This document shows, in pieces, positions 9,523 to 17,483 of a DNA stretch of 24,000 bases (positions are counted from its first letter, which is position 1; each line of letters begins with the position of its first letter). The stretch is from contig JBHLME010000028.1 in NCBI GenBank assembly GCA_048938445.1, positions 5,257 to 29,256 on the forward strand. Reading direction: 5' to 3'. The notes under the pieces were generated by a model. That model saw nothing but the letters and a program-made list of their open reading frames with translations. It searched no databases and was not told the origin of the DNA. The stretch is from Promethearchaeota archaeon (GTDB lineage Archaea > Asgardarchaeota > Lokiarchaeia > Sigyniarchaeales > SOKP01). The translations under genes and the position numbers were made by a program.

Positions 9523-9945
9523 ATAAGATTTTTATCATTTCATGTAGAATATTTTAATTACAAAGTCACAAAAAAAGGACGTTCTAAGGTTTTTGAGGAA
9601 ATTACAGAAGAAAATAAAAAAAATCAAGTTGAGAATGCAATAATTCTTTTTATTAGTATGGAAAAGCAGGATGAAAAAAGTTCAGGATTATTAGATAGAG
9701 CTGTAATTGAAATAGAAAATATTTGCGAACAATTAAAAAACTCTAATATAGTACTTTTACCATTTGCTCATCTTTTTGGTCAGCTAAGTTCTTTAAATTA
9801 TGCTTTTGAATCTTTTAAAAAAATTGAATCAATGCTAAAATTAAAAGATTATAACGTAATACGTCTTCCATTTGGATGGTTTAATGAATTAGAAATGAAA
9901 GCTAAAGGACATCCACTATCACGAATTTCCCGGATAATAGAATAA
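9523..9945 (+). CDS. Freestanding archaeal threonyl-tRNA synthetase N-terminal editing (DTD-fold) domain-like protein; AUA start or upstream frameshift
   Basis: The track ORF 9658..9945 extends in frame to 9520, reading (K)IRFLSFHVEYFNYKVTKKGRSKVFEE...IILFISMEKQDEKSSG...LLPFAHL...VIRLPFGWFNELEMKAKGHPLSRISR. This matches the archaeal ThrRS pattern HxDYxEYxV ... VExxDE ... PxAHL ... aPFGWYKxFxixxKGHPLxExxR. Confidence 0.82.
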   Translation: MRFLSFHVEYFNYKVTKKGRSKVFEEITEENKKNQVENAIILFISMEKQDEKSSGLLDRAVIEIENICEQLKNSNIVLLPFAHLFGQLSSLNYAFESFKKIESMLKLKDYNVIRLPFGWFNELEMKAKGHPLSRISRIIE

Positions 9946-10243
9946 ATCATTTAATATGGTAAATTTACTTAGTAGCAATTCTATTTCGCTAAAAAAATAA
10001 GTAAACAATTATATATTAAAATTTTTAGTTTTTATCTTTTTTTGTTCTATTACATCACTCTCAATTAAAATTAGCGACATTAAAAAATAAGATATTTTAT
10101 TACGTTAATGTTAGAAACAATTTTATTCGTTAATAACAAATTAGAAACACGTATTTTTATTCTTAACACGCATTAAATATTTACTTTAAAAGAATTAAAA
10201 TAACGCCCTAAATAATTTTCAAACAAAATAAAGGTAAAATGAA

Positions 10244-10513
10244 ATGAGGATTAAAATATTATTCCATATTTTAGCAATATTTTTATTTCTTTTTGGATGT
10301 GTTGTTTTACATGTTGTTGTAAATTCTGAGGAAATATTTGTAATTTTTTTTGGAATTTTCTTACCAAGAGCATTTTTCTTTGATCTTGCCATTGTGGTTA
10401 TTGGTATTGCATTTTTTATAGAATTCTTCATGACATTCAAACCAATAAAAATTATTAATTTTTCCCTTCTTGATAAAGATTTGAATAATATGAACGAGAA
10501 CAGTAATGTCTAA
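10244..10513 (+). CDS. Hypothetical small membrane protein (2 TM segments)
   Basis: 89-aa ORF with two hydrophobic helices: ILFHILAIFLFLFGCVVLHVVV and AFFFDLAIVVIGIAFFIEFFM. Confidence 0.5.
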   Translation: MRIKILFHILAIFLFLFGCVVLHVVVNSEEIFVIFFGIFLPRAFFFDLAIVVIGIAFFIEFFMTFKPIKIINFSLLDKDLNNMNENSNV

Positions 10514-10670
10514 TCACGTCATATAATCTAAAAAAAATGCATTAATTTCGTGAAATCCACCTTTCACGAATTTATGTTGGTTAGGTAAAATAAAAGTTAT
10601 ACTAATATATCTTTTTTAACAAATAACATTCCGAATGTCCTTTTCAAAAAATCAGACCAAGATTGATATC

Positions 10671-10865
10671 TTATAAATATTTATCGTAAGAGTCATCATA
10701 ATCTAGTGATTCATCATATTCACCATATTCATACCATTCATCATCATCGAATTTTAAATCGAAATACTCATCATCTTCATAATCGTCCCAATCTTTAGCC
10801 AGAGAGAGCCAAATAGAACACTTATATATGGTACAAAGAGGAAATGCTAATTGTTTAAATTTCAT
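10671..10865 (-). CDS. Hypothetical Asp/Tyr-rich acidic small protein (64 aa)
   Basis: ORF ending AKDWDDYEDDEYFDLKFDDDEWYEYGEYDESLDYDDSYDKYL. Composition is unlike a random AT-rich ORF. Confidence 0.35.
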   Translation of the reverse strand: MKFKQLAFPLCTIYKCSIWLSLAKDWDDYEDDEYFDLKFDDDEWYEYGEYDESLDYDDSYDKYL

Positions 10866-10910
10866 ACAGAAAAGTAATAATAAATTACTTTATCCTTAGT
10901 TTTATATAAT

Positions 10911-10990
10911 AAATATAAGAATTCTTTTAATAATATAAGAATTCTTTTAATAATATAAGAACTCTTTTAATAATATTGAAATTCTTGATA
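10911..10990. repeat. Short tandem repeat, approx. 20-bp unit, about 4 degenerate copies
   Basis: aaatataagaattcttttaa / taatataagaattcttttaa / taatataagaactcttttaa / taatattgaaattcttgata. Confidence 0.85.
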
Positions 10991-11046
10991 TTAAAAATCT
11001 AAATTTTTCAAAAAATTTAAAAATAAATTATTTTACTTTTTGTTTT

Positions 11047-11412
11047 ATGAGTGAATTAATATTTAATAAAAAGATAATTAAAGAAGCGGAAAATGACTTC
11101 AAAAAAATTAATTTAACAAAAATAGCAAGAGAAAACTTAGATCAAACTGCTCAAATATTTGCACAGTACTTACCCATTTCAGAGATGGCGCTGAAGGGAT
11201 TCATTTTGTATTGTATGCAGGAATATCAAGTAAAAAATAAAATAGACCTATCTTCCTTTTATGATTCAACTCCAGAGGAAAAAAAGAAAATAATAGGCAG
11301 TATGGCGGAGTTATTACAAGCGCGTTTAACTAAATTACTCATTAAACCAGAACAAAAACCTATATTAGATAATGCTTTCAATGAAGTAATAAAATTTTTA
11401 AAAACTCTCTAA
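11047..11412 (+). CDS. Hypothetical alpha-helical protein (121 aa)
   Basis: ORF MSELIFNKKIIKEAENDFKKINLTKIARENLDQTAQIF...; not similar to a family I recognise. Confidence 0.65.
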   Translation: MSELIFNKKIIKEAENDFKKINLTKIARENLDQTAQIFAQYLPISEMALKGFILYCMQEYQVKNKIDLSSFYDSTPEEKKKIIGSMAELLQARLTKLLIKPEQKPILDNAFNEVIKFLKTL

Positions 11413-11540
11413 ATATTTGCTTTTTTAAAATATTATTAAAGAATAGGATGATTAATTTTTTTTTTCAAAATTTCGAATACAATCAACTTAGTTATTTATA
11501 AAAAAATAGAAAACATTTTATATATGATAATATAAATAGT

Positions 11541-11671
11541 GCGCCCTCCGGGGATCGAACCCGGGTCACCTTCAACAATCAAGACGATTTGTCTCGTTTT
11601 AGGTTGGCAACCTGTTTTACCCTTTCAATGCTGATTTGAAAAGGGTATACTGGCCACTATACTAAGAGCGC
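11541..11671 (-). tRNA. tRNA-Gly(GCC) with two 30-nt introns (approx. 11614..11643 and approx. 11571..11600)
   Basis: Exons 11671..11644 + 11613..11601 + 11570..11541 join to GCGCTCT-TA-GTAT-AGTGGCCA-GTAT-A-CCAGG-TTGCCAA-CCTGG-TGAC-CCGGG-TTCGATC-CCCGG-AGGGCGC (71 nt), with all stems paired (some G-U) and anticodon GCC. Confidence 0.9.
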
Positions 11672-11799
11672 AGTTTTGTGATATTTAAAATACATTAAAG
11701 AATTAAAATTTATTGTTTCTAATAACCTAGTTGGATCTTAAGTCGAGTAAACTTACATTTTATTAAGATTAAAAAAAGATAATATTAAAAGAGTAAATT

Positions 11800-12831
11800 T
11801 CATATAATTTGACTTATTACTTGTTTTATGGTATTATCTTCAACGAATTTCTCGAGTTCTTGAAGACTTTCAGGCATTCCCTCTCTTACACCAACTTCTT
11901 TGCATTCTAGAAAAGACATTGCTGTTGCCATCTTACTAATTTTCTCAAGAGGATATTTGTTTAAGTATGAAACGAGGATTCCACTTAAAAATGCATCCCC
12001 TGCTCCTGTAGTATCTTGAACGTCACCTTTATAGACCGCACTGTTGACAATAGTTTTTCCATCAGAAATAATTGAACCGTTAGTGCCATCTGTAATTGAA
12101 ATTAATTTAACACCTAAGTTTAAAAATTTATGTATAATTTGTGACGTATCTACTTTACCGGTAAATTCTTGAGCTTCTTCTTTATTTAGTGACACTACGT
12201 CTGAATTGCCAATCAAGATTTTTGCCCATTTATAATTATTTTTTATTATGGACATGCTAGGAGCAGCAAATACTATTCCGTTATTGTTTTTTGTGAGTGT
12301 AATAGCTTTTTCTATAGCTTTACAACCATTTTCACTAGTTAATGAAGTCCACGCAAAGGCTTTTATTCCTTCAAAAATATGTTCTTTTACATCAGAAGGT
12401 TGTAATAAGTTATTAGCTCCTTTATATGCTAGTATACTCCTATCTTTCCCCCATTCTGTTCGTAAAATTACTGAAAATGCTGTATTATCTTGACCTGTTT
12501 GAATGACATTAGATAAATCCACACCTCGCTTTTTTAAATCTTCTATACATATATTTGCGGAGAAATCTTGTCCTAAAATACCAATATAAGCAGATTTTAA
12601 TCCAACCATTGAACAATTTGCTGCGATATTTGCAGCTGAACCTCCTGGAACGAATGTTACGCCTTGAATATTTAATTTTCGACTATATTCTATGGCAGTA
12701 TACTTTTTAATGATTTGTTCTCCATTTTTATCTCTATCAAACAATTCGAATCGTAAGATATCATTTATATTTATCATGCAATCAAGAGTGCATGAACCAA
12801 TAGTAATTAGATCTAAACTCATATTCCTCAC
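11800..12831 (-). CDS. PfkB-family carbohydrate/nucleoside kinase
   Basis: N-terminal GG motif FVPGGSAANIAANCSMVGLKSAYIGILGQDFSA and C-terminal signature VQDTTGAGDAFLSGILV. Confidence 0.93.
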   Translation of the reverse strand: MRNMSLDLITIGSCTLDCMININDILRFELFDRDKNGEQIIKKYTAIEYSRKLNIQGVTFVPGGSAANIAANCSMVGLKSAYIGILGQDFSANICIEDLKKRGVDLSNVIQTGQDNTAFSVILRTEWGKDRSILAYKGANNLLQPSDVKEHIFEGIKAFAWTSLTSENGCKAIEKAITLTKNNNGIVFAAPSMSIIKNNYKWAKILIGNSDVVSLNKEEAQEFTGKVDTSQIIHKFLNLGVKLISITDGTNGSIISDGKTIVNSAVYKGDVQDTTGAGDAFLSGILVSYLNKYPLEKISKMATAMSFLECKEVGVREGMPESLQELEKFVEDNTIKQVISQII

Positions 12832-13051
12832 TCTATTATAAAAGTGTGATTAATCATCTGAATAAATTAAAAATAGAACCTACCATTAAAATAACTTTGC
12901 TAAAGTTTTTAATCTACTTAGCTCAAATATTTTTTAAATCTAGTAAGGTCAAAAAAGTAAAATAACACTTTCATAGAGAAAGGATTGTTTTAAATACAAA
13001 AAATCTCTATTTCTAAGAAGTGAAAAGTGAAAAATGAAAAATTTAAAGTCT

Positions 13052-13678
13052 TTAATCTTGTTTGAGCCTGTCTAATTCTTTCTCGAGTTCGCTTATTCTT
13101 CCTTCAGGGACGACACTAGGCAATGCGCCCCCCATTTCTACTTGAAGTTCAGCATCAATTTCGCCTAAAAAGCTTTTGACATCAGAATCAGTCACAGCTG
13201 TTTCCATAGCTACGTTTCCTACGCCCTCTGAAGCGATTTCTTGTCCAACATCGAAGTCAGAAACATCCATTTCAAGATTTTTCATTACTTCGGTTAATTC
13301 AGGAAGTGATAACTCATTTTTTAATTGAGCCAAGGATCCTTGAATATCCCCCATAATTCCTGCTACATCTTTTATAGCTGATGCTTGTTCTAATTTAAAT
13401 TGTAATCCCTCTAGATTAGATCTAAAAGTATCGATGGCTGTTGCTTGTTTTTTGACTTGTAGGTAATTTCTTGCTTGATTTTCCGATCCTTGCTTGTCAC
13501 CTTCTTGCCTCATTTTTACGGCTTTATCTCGAGCTTGTTGTGCGGTTATTTCTAATTTTCTTGATTGCCTTAACAGTCTTTTATTGAAGACTTTTAATTT
13601 AATAGCAGCAGCACGAACAGTATCAGGTTTTTTCTTTCCGCCACTTAACCATTTTGATAAATCCTTAAGAAAACCCAT
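13052..13678 (-). CDS. ESCRT-III (Snf7 family) protein, Vps2/24/46 (CHMP1-3)-like
   Basis: 208-aa coiled-coil protein with a basic N-terminus (LSGGKKKPDTVRAAAIKLKVFNKRLLRQSRKLE), acidic C-terminal half and C-terminal MIM-like helix RISELEKELDRLKQD. Adjacent to vps4. Confidence 0.88.
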   Translation of the reverse strand: MGFLKDLSKWLSGGKKKPDTVRAAAIKLKVFNKRLLRQSRKLEITAQQARDKAVKMRQEGDKQGSENQARNYLQVKKQATAIDTFRSNLEGLQFKLEQASAIKDVAGIMGDIQGSLAQLKNELSLPELTEVMKNLEMDVSDFDVGQEIASEGVGNVAMETAVTDSDVKSFLGEIDAELQVEMGGALPSVVPEGRISELEKELDRLKQD

Positions 13679-13893
13679 AAATATTCATCTAATAATGTTT
13701 GTTTTATAGTATATATATAAACACATAGTTATAAAATTAATTGGAGTCCATTAATTATAACATGATAATGAAGAACTTTCAACTTTAAATAAATTTGGAT
13801 TAGATTAATTTTTTATAGTAAAAATATGATTTATTTAATAACATTATTTTACTTTATAATAAATATCAAGTTTACTCATAGGTAATATAAAAC

Positions 13894-15120
13894 ATGTCAT
13901 CATTTGATAGTAAATTATACAAATTCGCCGTTGAGACTGCTAGGGAGGCGGTTGTTTTGGATAGACAAGGTAAATATCAGCAAGCGTATAATAAATATAT
14001 GAGAGCTGCTGAAATTTTGATTAAATTCATGAAGTTTAGTAATAATAAAGAGATGAACGAATTATGCCGAAAAAATAGTCAGGATTATATTGATCGAGCT
14101 AAAATTTTAAAATCCAAGATAGGTGGATCCCGTTCGAGACCAGTAAAAGCCGCACCTTCAGAAGAATCTAGTCACCCAATGGACGATAAATTAAAATCTG
14201 AAGGAGGGCAATATTCAGAAGAAGAACAAGAATTAATAGATTCTATCTCCGGAACAATCGTAACTGAATCTCCTGATATACAATGGAGTGATATAGCTGG
14301 TTTAGAAAATTGTAAGCAAATATTAAGAGAAGCAATCGTCTTACCATTAATAAAACCAGAATTATTCACCGGTAAAAGAAAACCATGGTCGGGGATTTTA
14401 TTATTTGGACCTCCAGGTTGTGGAAAAACATTATTAGCGAAAGCTGCTGCAACAGAATGCAAAGCTACATTTTTTAGTGCATCTTCGGCAGATCTATTAA
14501 GTAAATGGTTAGGAGAAAGCGAAAAATTAATCAGCTCTTTATTCAAAGTTGCAAGAATAAGAGCACCAAGTTTAATTTTCATTGATGAAATTGATTCTGT
14601 TGCCACTTCAAGAGGAGGTGGTACTGAGAGTAGTGGTGAACGACGTGTAAAAACACAGCTTCTAAGTGAAATACAAGGCTTAAAGACGAGTGAAAGGCAG
14701 CGAATTTTAACATTAGGTGCAACAAATCGACCATGGGATATTGATGATGCCATGTTAAGTAGATTTCAAAAAAAAGTGCATGTTCCTCTTCCGGATTTAG
14801 AGGCGCGATCAGCTATCTTCATAATTGAAACAAAAGGCGTTGAGATGGATTTAGAAGAAGATGATTTTATTGAATTAGGTGTAAGATCAGAAGGATATTC
14901 CGGACGAGATATTTCAAATGTATGCCAAGAAGTAATTATGCTTCCAATTAGAGAATTAGATATGAGTGGATTATTGGAAAATTCCAATCAGGAAATTTCT
15001 CTAAGATCAATTAATATTGATGATTTTAAAAAAACCATTAAAAAAATAAAACCAATGACAACTGGTAGCTCTTTAAAGAAGTATGTGGAATGGGCTGACG
15101 AGTACGGAGAGACCACATAA
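13894..15120 (+). CDS. vps4: Vps4-like AAA ATPase with N-terminal MIT domain
   Basis: MIT-like helical N-terminus (KLYKFAVETAREAVVLDRQGKYQQAYNKYMRAAEILIKFMK), WSDIAGLENCK, Walker A GPPGCGKT, Walker B LIFIDEIDS, GATNRPWDIDDAMLSRF, C-terminal helix. Confidence 0.95.
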   Translation: MSSFDSKLYKFAVETAREAVVLDRQGKYQQAYNKYMRAAEILIKFMKFSNNKEMNELCRKNSQDYIDRAKILKSKIGGSRSRPVKAAPSEESSHPMDDKLKSEGGQYSEEEQELIDSISGTIVTESPDIQWSDIAGLENCKQILREAIVLPLIKPELFTGKRKPWSGILLFGPPGCGKTLLAKAAATECKATFFSASSADLLSKWLGESEKLISSLFKVARIRAPSLIFIDEIDSVATSRGGGTESSGERRVKTQLLSEIQGLKTSERQRILTLGATNRPWDIDDAMLSRFQKKVHVPLPDLEARSAIFIIETKGVEMDLEEDDFIELGVRSEGYSGRDISNVCQEVIMLPIRELDMSGLLENSNQEISLRSINIDDFKKTIKKIKPMTTGSSLKKYVEWADEYGETT

Positions 15121-15142
15121 AAAAAAAAAGGAAAATGGTAAA

Positions 15143-16051
15143 ATGGAAAAACAAAGAGAAAAACCAAAAGAAAAGGACAAGGAATTAATTGAGTTACAAA
15201 AAGAACTCCAAAGATTAAGAGAATTAAAGAGACAAAAAGAATTAAAAGCTTTAGAGGAGAGAAAAGCTCTAGAAGCCCAAGAAAAAGAGCAAATTCAAAA
15301 GAGTGAAGAATATCATCCTCAAGAACCGAGTACTGAAGCTGAAACCGAAGATGATGTTGAAAATAGATTGAATAAAATTAGTGATTTCATAACACATAGT
15401 TTGGGTGATATAGATGATCAAACATATGCAGAACATTCTGGGGCTATAGAATCTGAGCTACAAAGATTAGAAAAAGAGATAATTGGAGAAGCGGGATTAA
15501 TCGAAAAAGAATTATCTCCTTATGAAAAAATTGTAGAAGCTTACCCATGGCTGGAAGAAAAACGATATGAATTCATGTATACGATTCCACATCATAAAAA
15601 AAATCTAAATGATTATCAATCATGGCGAAAGGAATGGTCAAAAGTATTTTTTGATTATGCGAGATATGCAATTCTTCATATTATTTATATAAAGCAAATA
15701 GCTGCAGAAAAACCATTCTCAAAATTTGAAGACCGCCAGAAAGCAATAAAGGAAATTGCAGATGAATTGGTCACGCAAGGAATTGCGAAATTTTTAACTA
15801 AAAAACAAGAGATATTAAGAGTATATTGGAAGTCTCTTGATAGCTGGGCAGATGAGATATATAATTGGGCATATGATTTGGGTAAATTAGATCCGATAAT
15901 GCTATTTGAGATAAGAGATGCTAAGTTGGAATTCAGCACGCTTCCTAAGGAAGATTTAGAAGAAATTTTTAATATATTAGCACGAAATCAAAAAGCTAAA
16001 GTATTAAAACTTGAAGAAGGTCAAATAGCATTAAAAATAAAATTAGAATGA
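15143..16051 (+). CDS. ESCRT-II Vps25-like winged-helix protein with charged N-terminal coiled-coil extension
   Basis: The C-terminal half follows the Vps25 pattern: W..VFFDYARYAILH, AIKEIADELVTQGIAKFLTKKQEILRVYWKSLDSWADEIYNWAYDLGKLDPIMLFEI. The preceding about 110 aa are charged and helical. ATG 15143, 22 bp after vps4, is preferred over 15083. Confidence 0.85.
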   Translation: MEKQREKPKEKDKELIELQKELQRLRELKRQKELKALEERKALEAQEKEQIQKSEEYHPQEPSTEAETEDDVENRLNKISDFITHSLGDIDDQTYAEHSGAIESELQRLEKEIIGEAGLIEKELSPYEKIVEAYPWLEEKRYEFMYTIPHHKKNLNDYQSWRKEWSKVFFDYARYAILHIIYIKQIAAEKPFSKFEDRQKAIKEIADELVTQGIAKFLTKKQEILRVYWKSLDSWADEIYNWAYDLGKLDPIMLFEIRDAKLEFSTLPKEDLEEIFNILARNQKAKVLKLEEGQIALKIKLE

Positions 16052-16067
16052 ATATTTTCTGCTTTTT

Positions 16068-16781
16068 TTATATTGAAGGAAATGACCATTGTTTTCCTTT
16101 TAATAGTGATTCAGTATATTTAGCAGCTCCAGATTCCTCAAGAGAGTTTAATGCTCTTAATGCTCGATCTTGGGACCAATCTAGTGTAGTACAAACCTCT
16201 TCTAATGAAACATATCCTTTTTCTTTGGCTAAATCCATTATTTTTACCTGATCACTTGTATATTGAATTGGAAAAAAGTGTATGAATAGTGCACCTGATT
16301 CTAATTGCTTAATATCCTCAATAACATTGGTTTTTTTCAAGATTCTCATTGATTTAGTTAAATCCCTGATATCAAAGTTATTCTTCAGACTTCCAGTATT
16401 TACTAAGTCAAAAACTTCTGAAATTGGCACTATTCCCCCAGTTTCTTCTTTATGCATTAAAACTCTCTGATATGCTAACATGCCTAGTTTCTCAAGATCA
16501 ATTTTATTTTTTGCATCAAATACATCGTTTTCTTTAATCTGCTCTGTTATGATTCGTGATGTAGGAATGTTATATTTTTCCCTTAATGTTTTAACCTCTT
16601 GTTTCAATTCAGGAGTTAGTGCTAAAATAACGCCGTGCTTTTTTGCTAAATCAATAAGTCTCTCTTTAGTGAAATTTTCTGCAGATGCTTTAGCTTTAAT
16701 CTCTTTTATTCTTAATTCTGCTGCTCTTTTGCGCATTGCTTCTTTTAGATCAATATCATCTTCAATTTTTCGAATACCCAT
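16068..16781 (-). CDS. ESCRT-II EAP30-family (Vps22/Vps36-like) protein
   Basis: N-terminal helical segment MGIRKIEDDIDLKEAMRKRAAELRIKEIKAKASAE followed by tandem winged-helix-like sequence (GGIVPISEVFDLVN..., GYVSLEEVCTTLDWSQDRALRALNSLEESGAAKY). Adjacent to Vps25 and Vps4. Confidence 0.87.
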   Translation of the reverse strand: MGIRKIEDDIDLKEAMRKRAAELRIKEIKAKASAENFTKERLIDLAKKHGVILALTPELKQEVKTLREKYNIPTSRIITEQIKENDVFDAKNKIDLEKLGMLAYQRVLMHKEETGGIVPISEVFDLVNTGSLKNNFDIRDLTKSMRILKKTNVIEDIKQLESGALFIHFFPIQYTSDQVKIMDLAKEKGYVSLEEVCTTLDWSQDRALRALNSLEESGAAKYTESLLKGKQWSFPSI

Positions 16782-16860
16782 ACTATTGATAAAATCTATT
16801 AATTTATTTTCTTACTGATTATATAATAATTATCCCTTTTTTAGTTTATTTTTATCGATA

Positions 16861-17442
16861 ATGAATAAAATAAGAAATTTTAGAAAAATAAATCAAATTG
16901 AAAGGAAGATTGTCCATTCTTCACTTTTGAAGATGTCCCCAAAAATAATTTCATTTTTAAATGAAATTCGGTTTGAATTATTTATTGAATTAATTAATTC
17001 GAGCTCTAATGGTAAATTTCCCTTGATTTATTTAGTCCCAAGTGAAATTATTGAGATTATCAATAAAATTCAGTTTGAGAATAATATTAAATCTTCAGGT
17101 TTATATTTTGGAATGATAAAAAAAGGGGATTTTTACATAAGCTTAGAAGCTGTAGAATTTTTGGATTCATTTGACTGTTTCCCCGATAAAAGTAAAGTAC
17201 AAGTTAATAATGAAGGGGAAAAATCAATACTTTATGGAAATCAAATTTTAAAAAAAGATATTTTAAAAATTTCACCCAAATTAACGAAAGATGAGTTTTT
17301 ATTAATTTTCAATGAGTCTAACGAAATAATTGCTATTGCAAAATCTAAAGTGAATTATTTGGAAAGCAAGCAACTTGAACCCAATGGAATTATCGCTCTT
17401 AATTTAGTAGATAAAGGATATTATTTGAGAAGACAATCCTAA
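16861..17442 (+). CDS. NIP7-like pre-PUA/PUA domain RNA-binding protein
   Basis: C-terminal GEKSILYGNQILKKDILKISPKLTKDEFLLIFNESNEIIAIAKSK...GIIALNLVDKGYYLRRQ parallels NIP7 (GAEQSFLYGNHVLKS...ADIGEYVR). Confidence 0.72.
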   Translation: MNKIRNFRKINQIERKIVHSSLLKMSPKIISFLNEIRFELFIELINSSSNGKFPLIYLVPSEIIEIINKIQFENNIKSSGLYFGMIKKGDFYISLEAVEFLDSFDCFPDKSKVQVNNEGEKSILYGNQILKKDILKISPKLTKDEFLLIFNESNEIIAIAKSKVNYLESKQLEPNGIIALNLVDKGYYLRRQS

Positions 17443-17483
17443 TATTTGTTAATTATATTAGATTAAATCTAAAGTGCTAAATT

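Noticed and set aside
11541-11671. Alternative readings as tRNA-Leu(CAA) or tRNA-Glu(UUC) with a single canonical intron
   Set aside because: These leave a mismatched anticodon stem, and Leu would need a long variable arm. The two-intron Gly(GCC) reading pairs all five anticodon-stem positions.
13494-13709. 71-aa plus-strand ORF
   Set aside because: Antisense shadow of the ESCRT-III gene.
14172-14987. Minus-strand ORFs of 193 and 73 aa
   Set aside because: Antisense to Vps4, whose motifs are unambiguous. The reverse translations are Ser/Leu/Asn-rich shadows.
16282-16818. Plus-strand ORFs within the EAP30-like gene (and 16048..16251)
   Set aside because: Ser/Phe-rich antisense translations of a well-supported gene.
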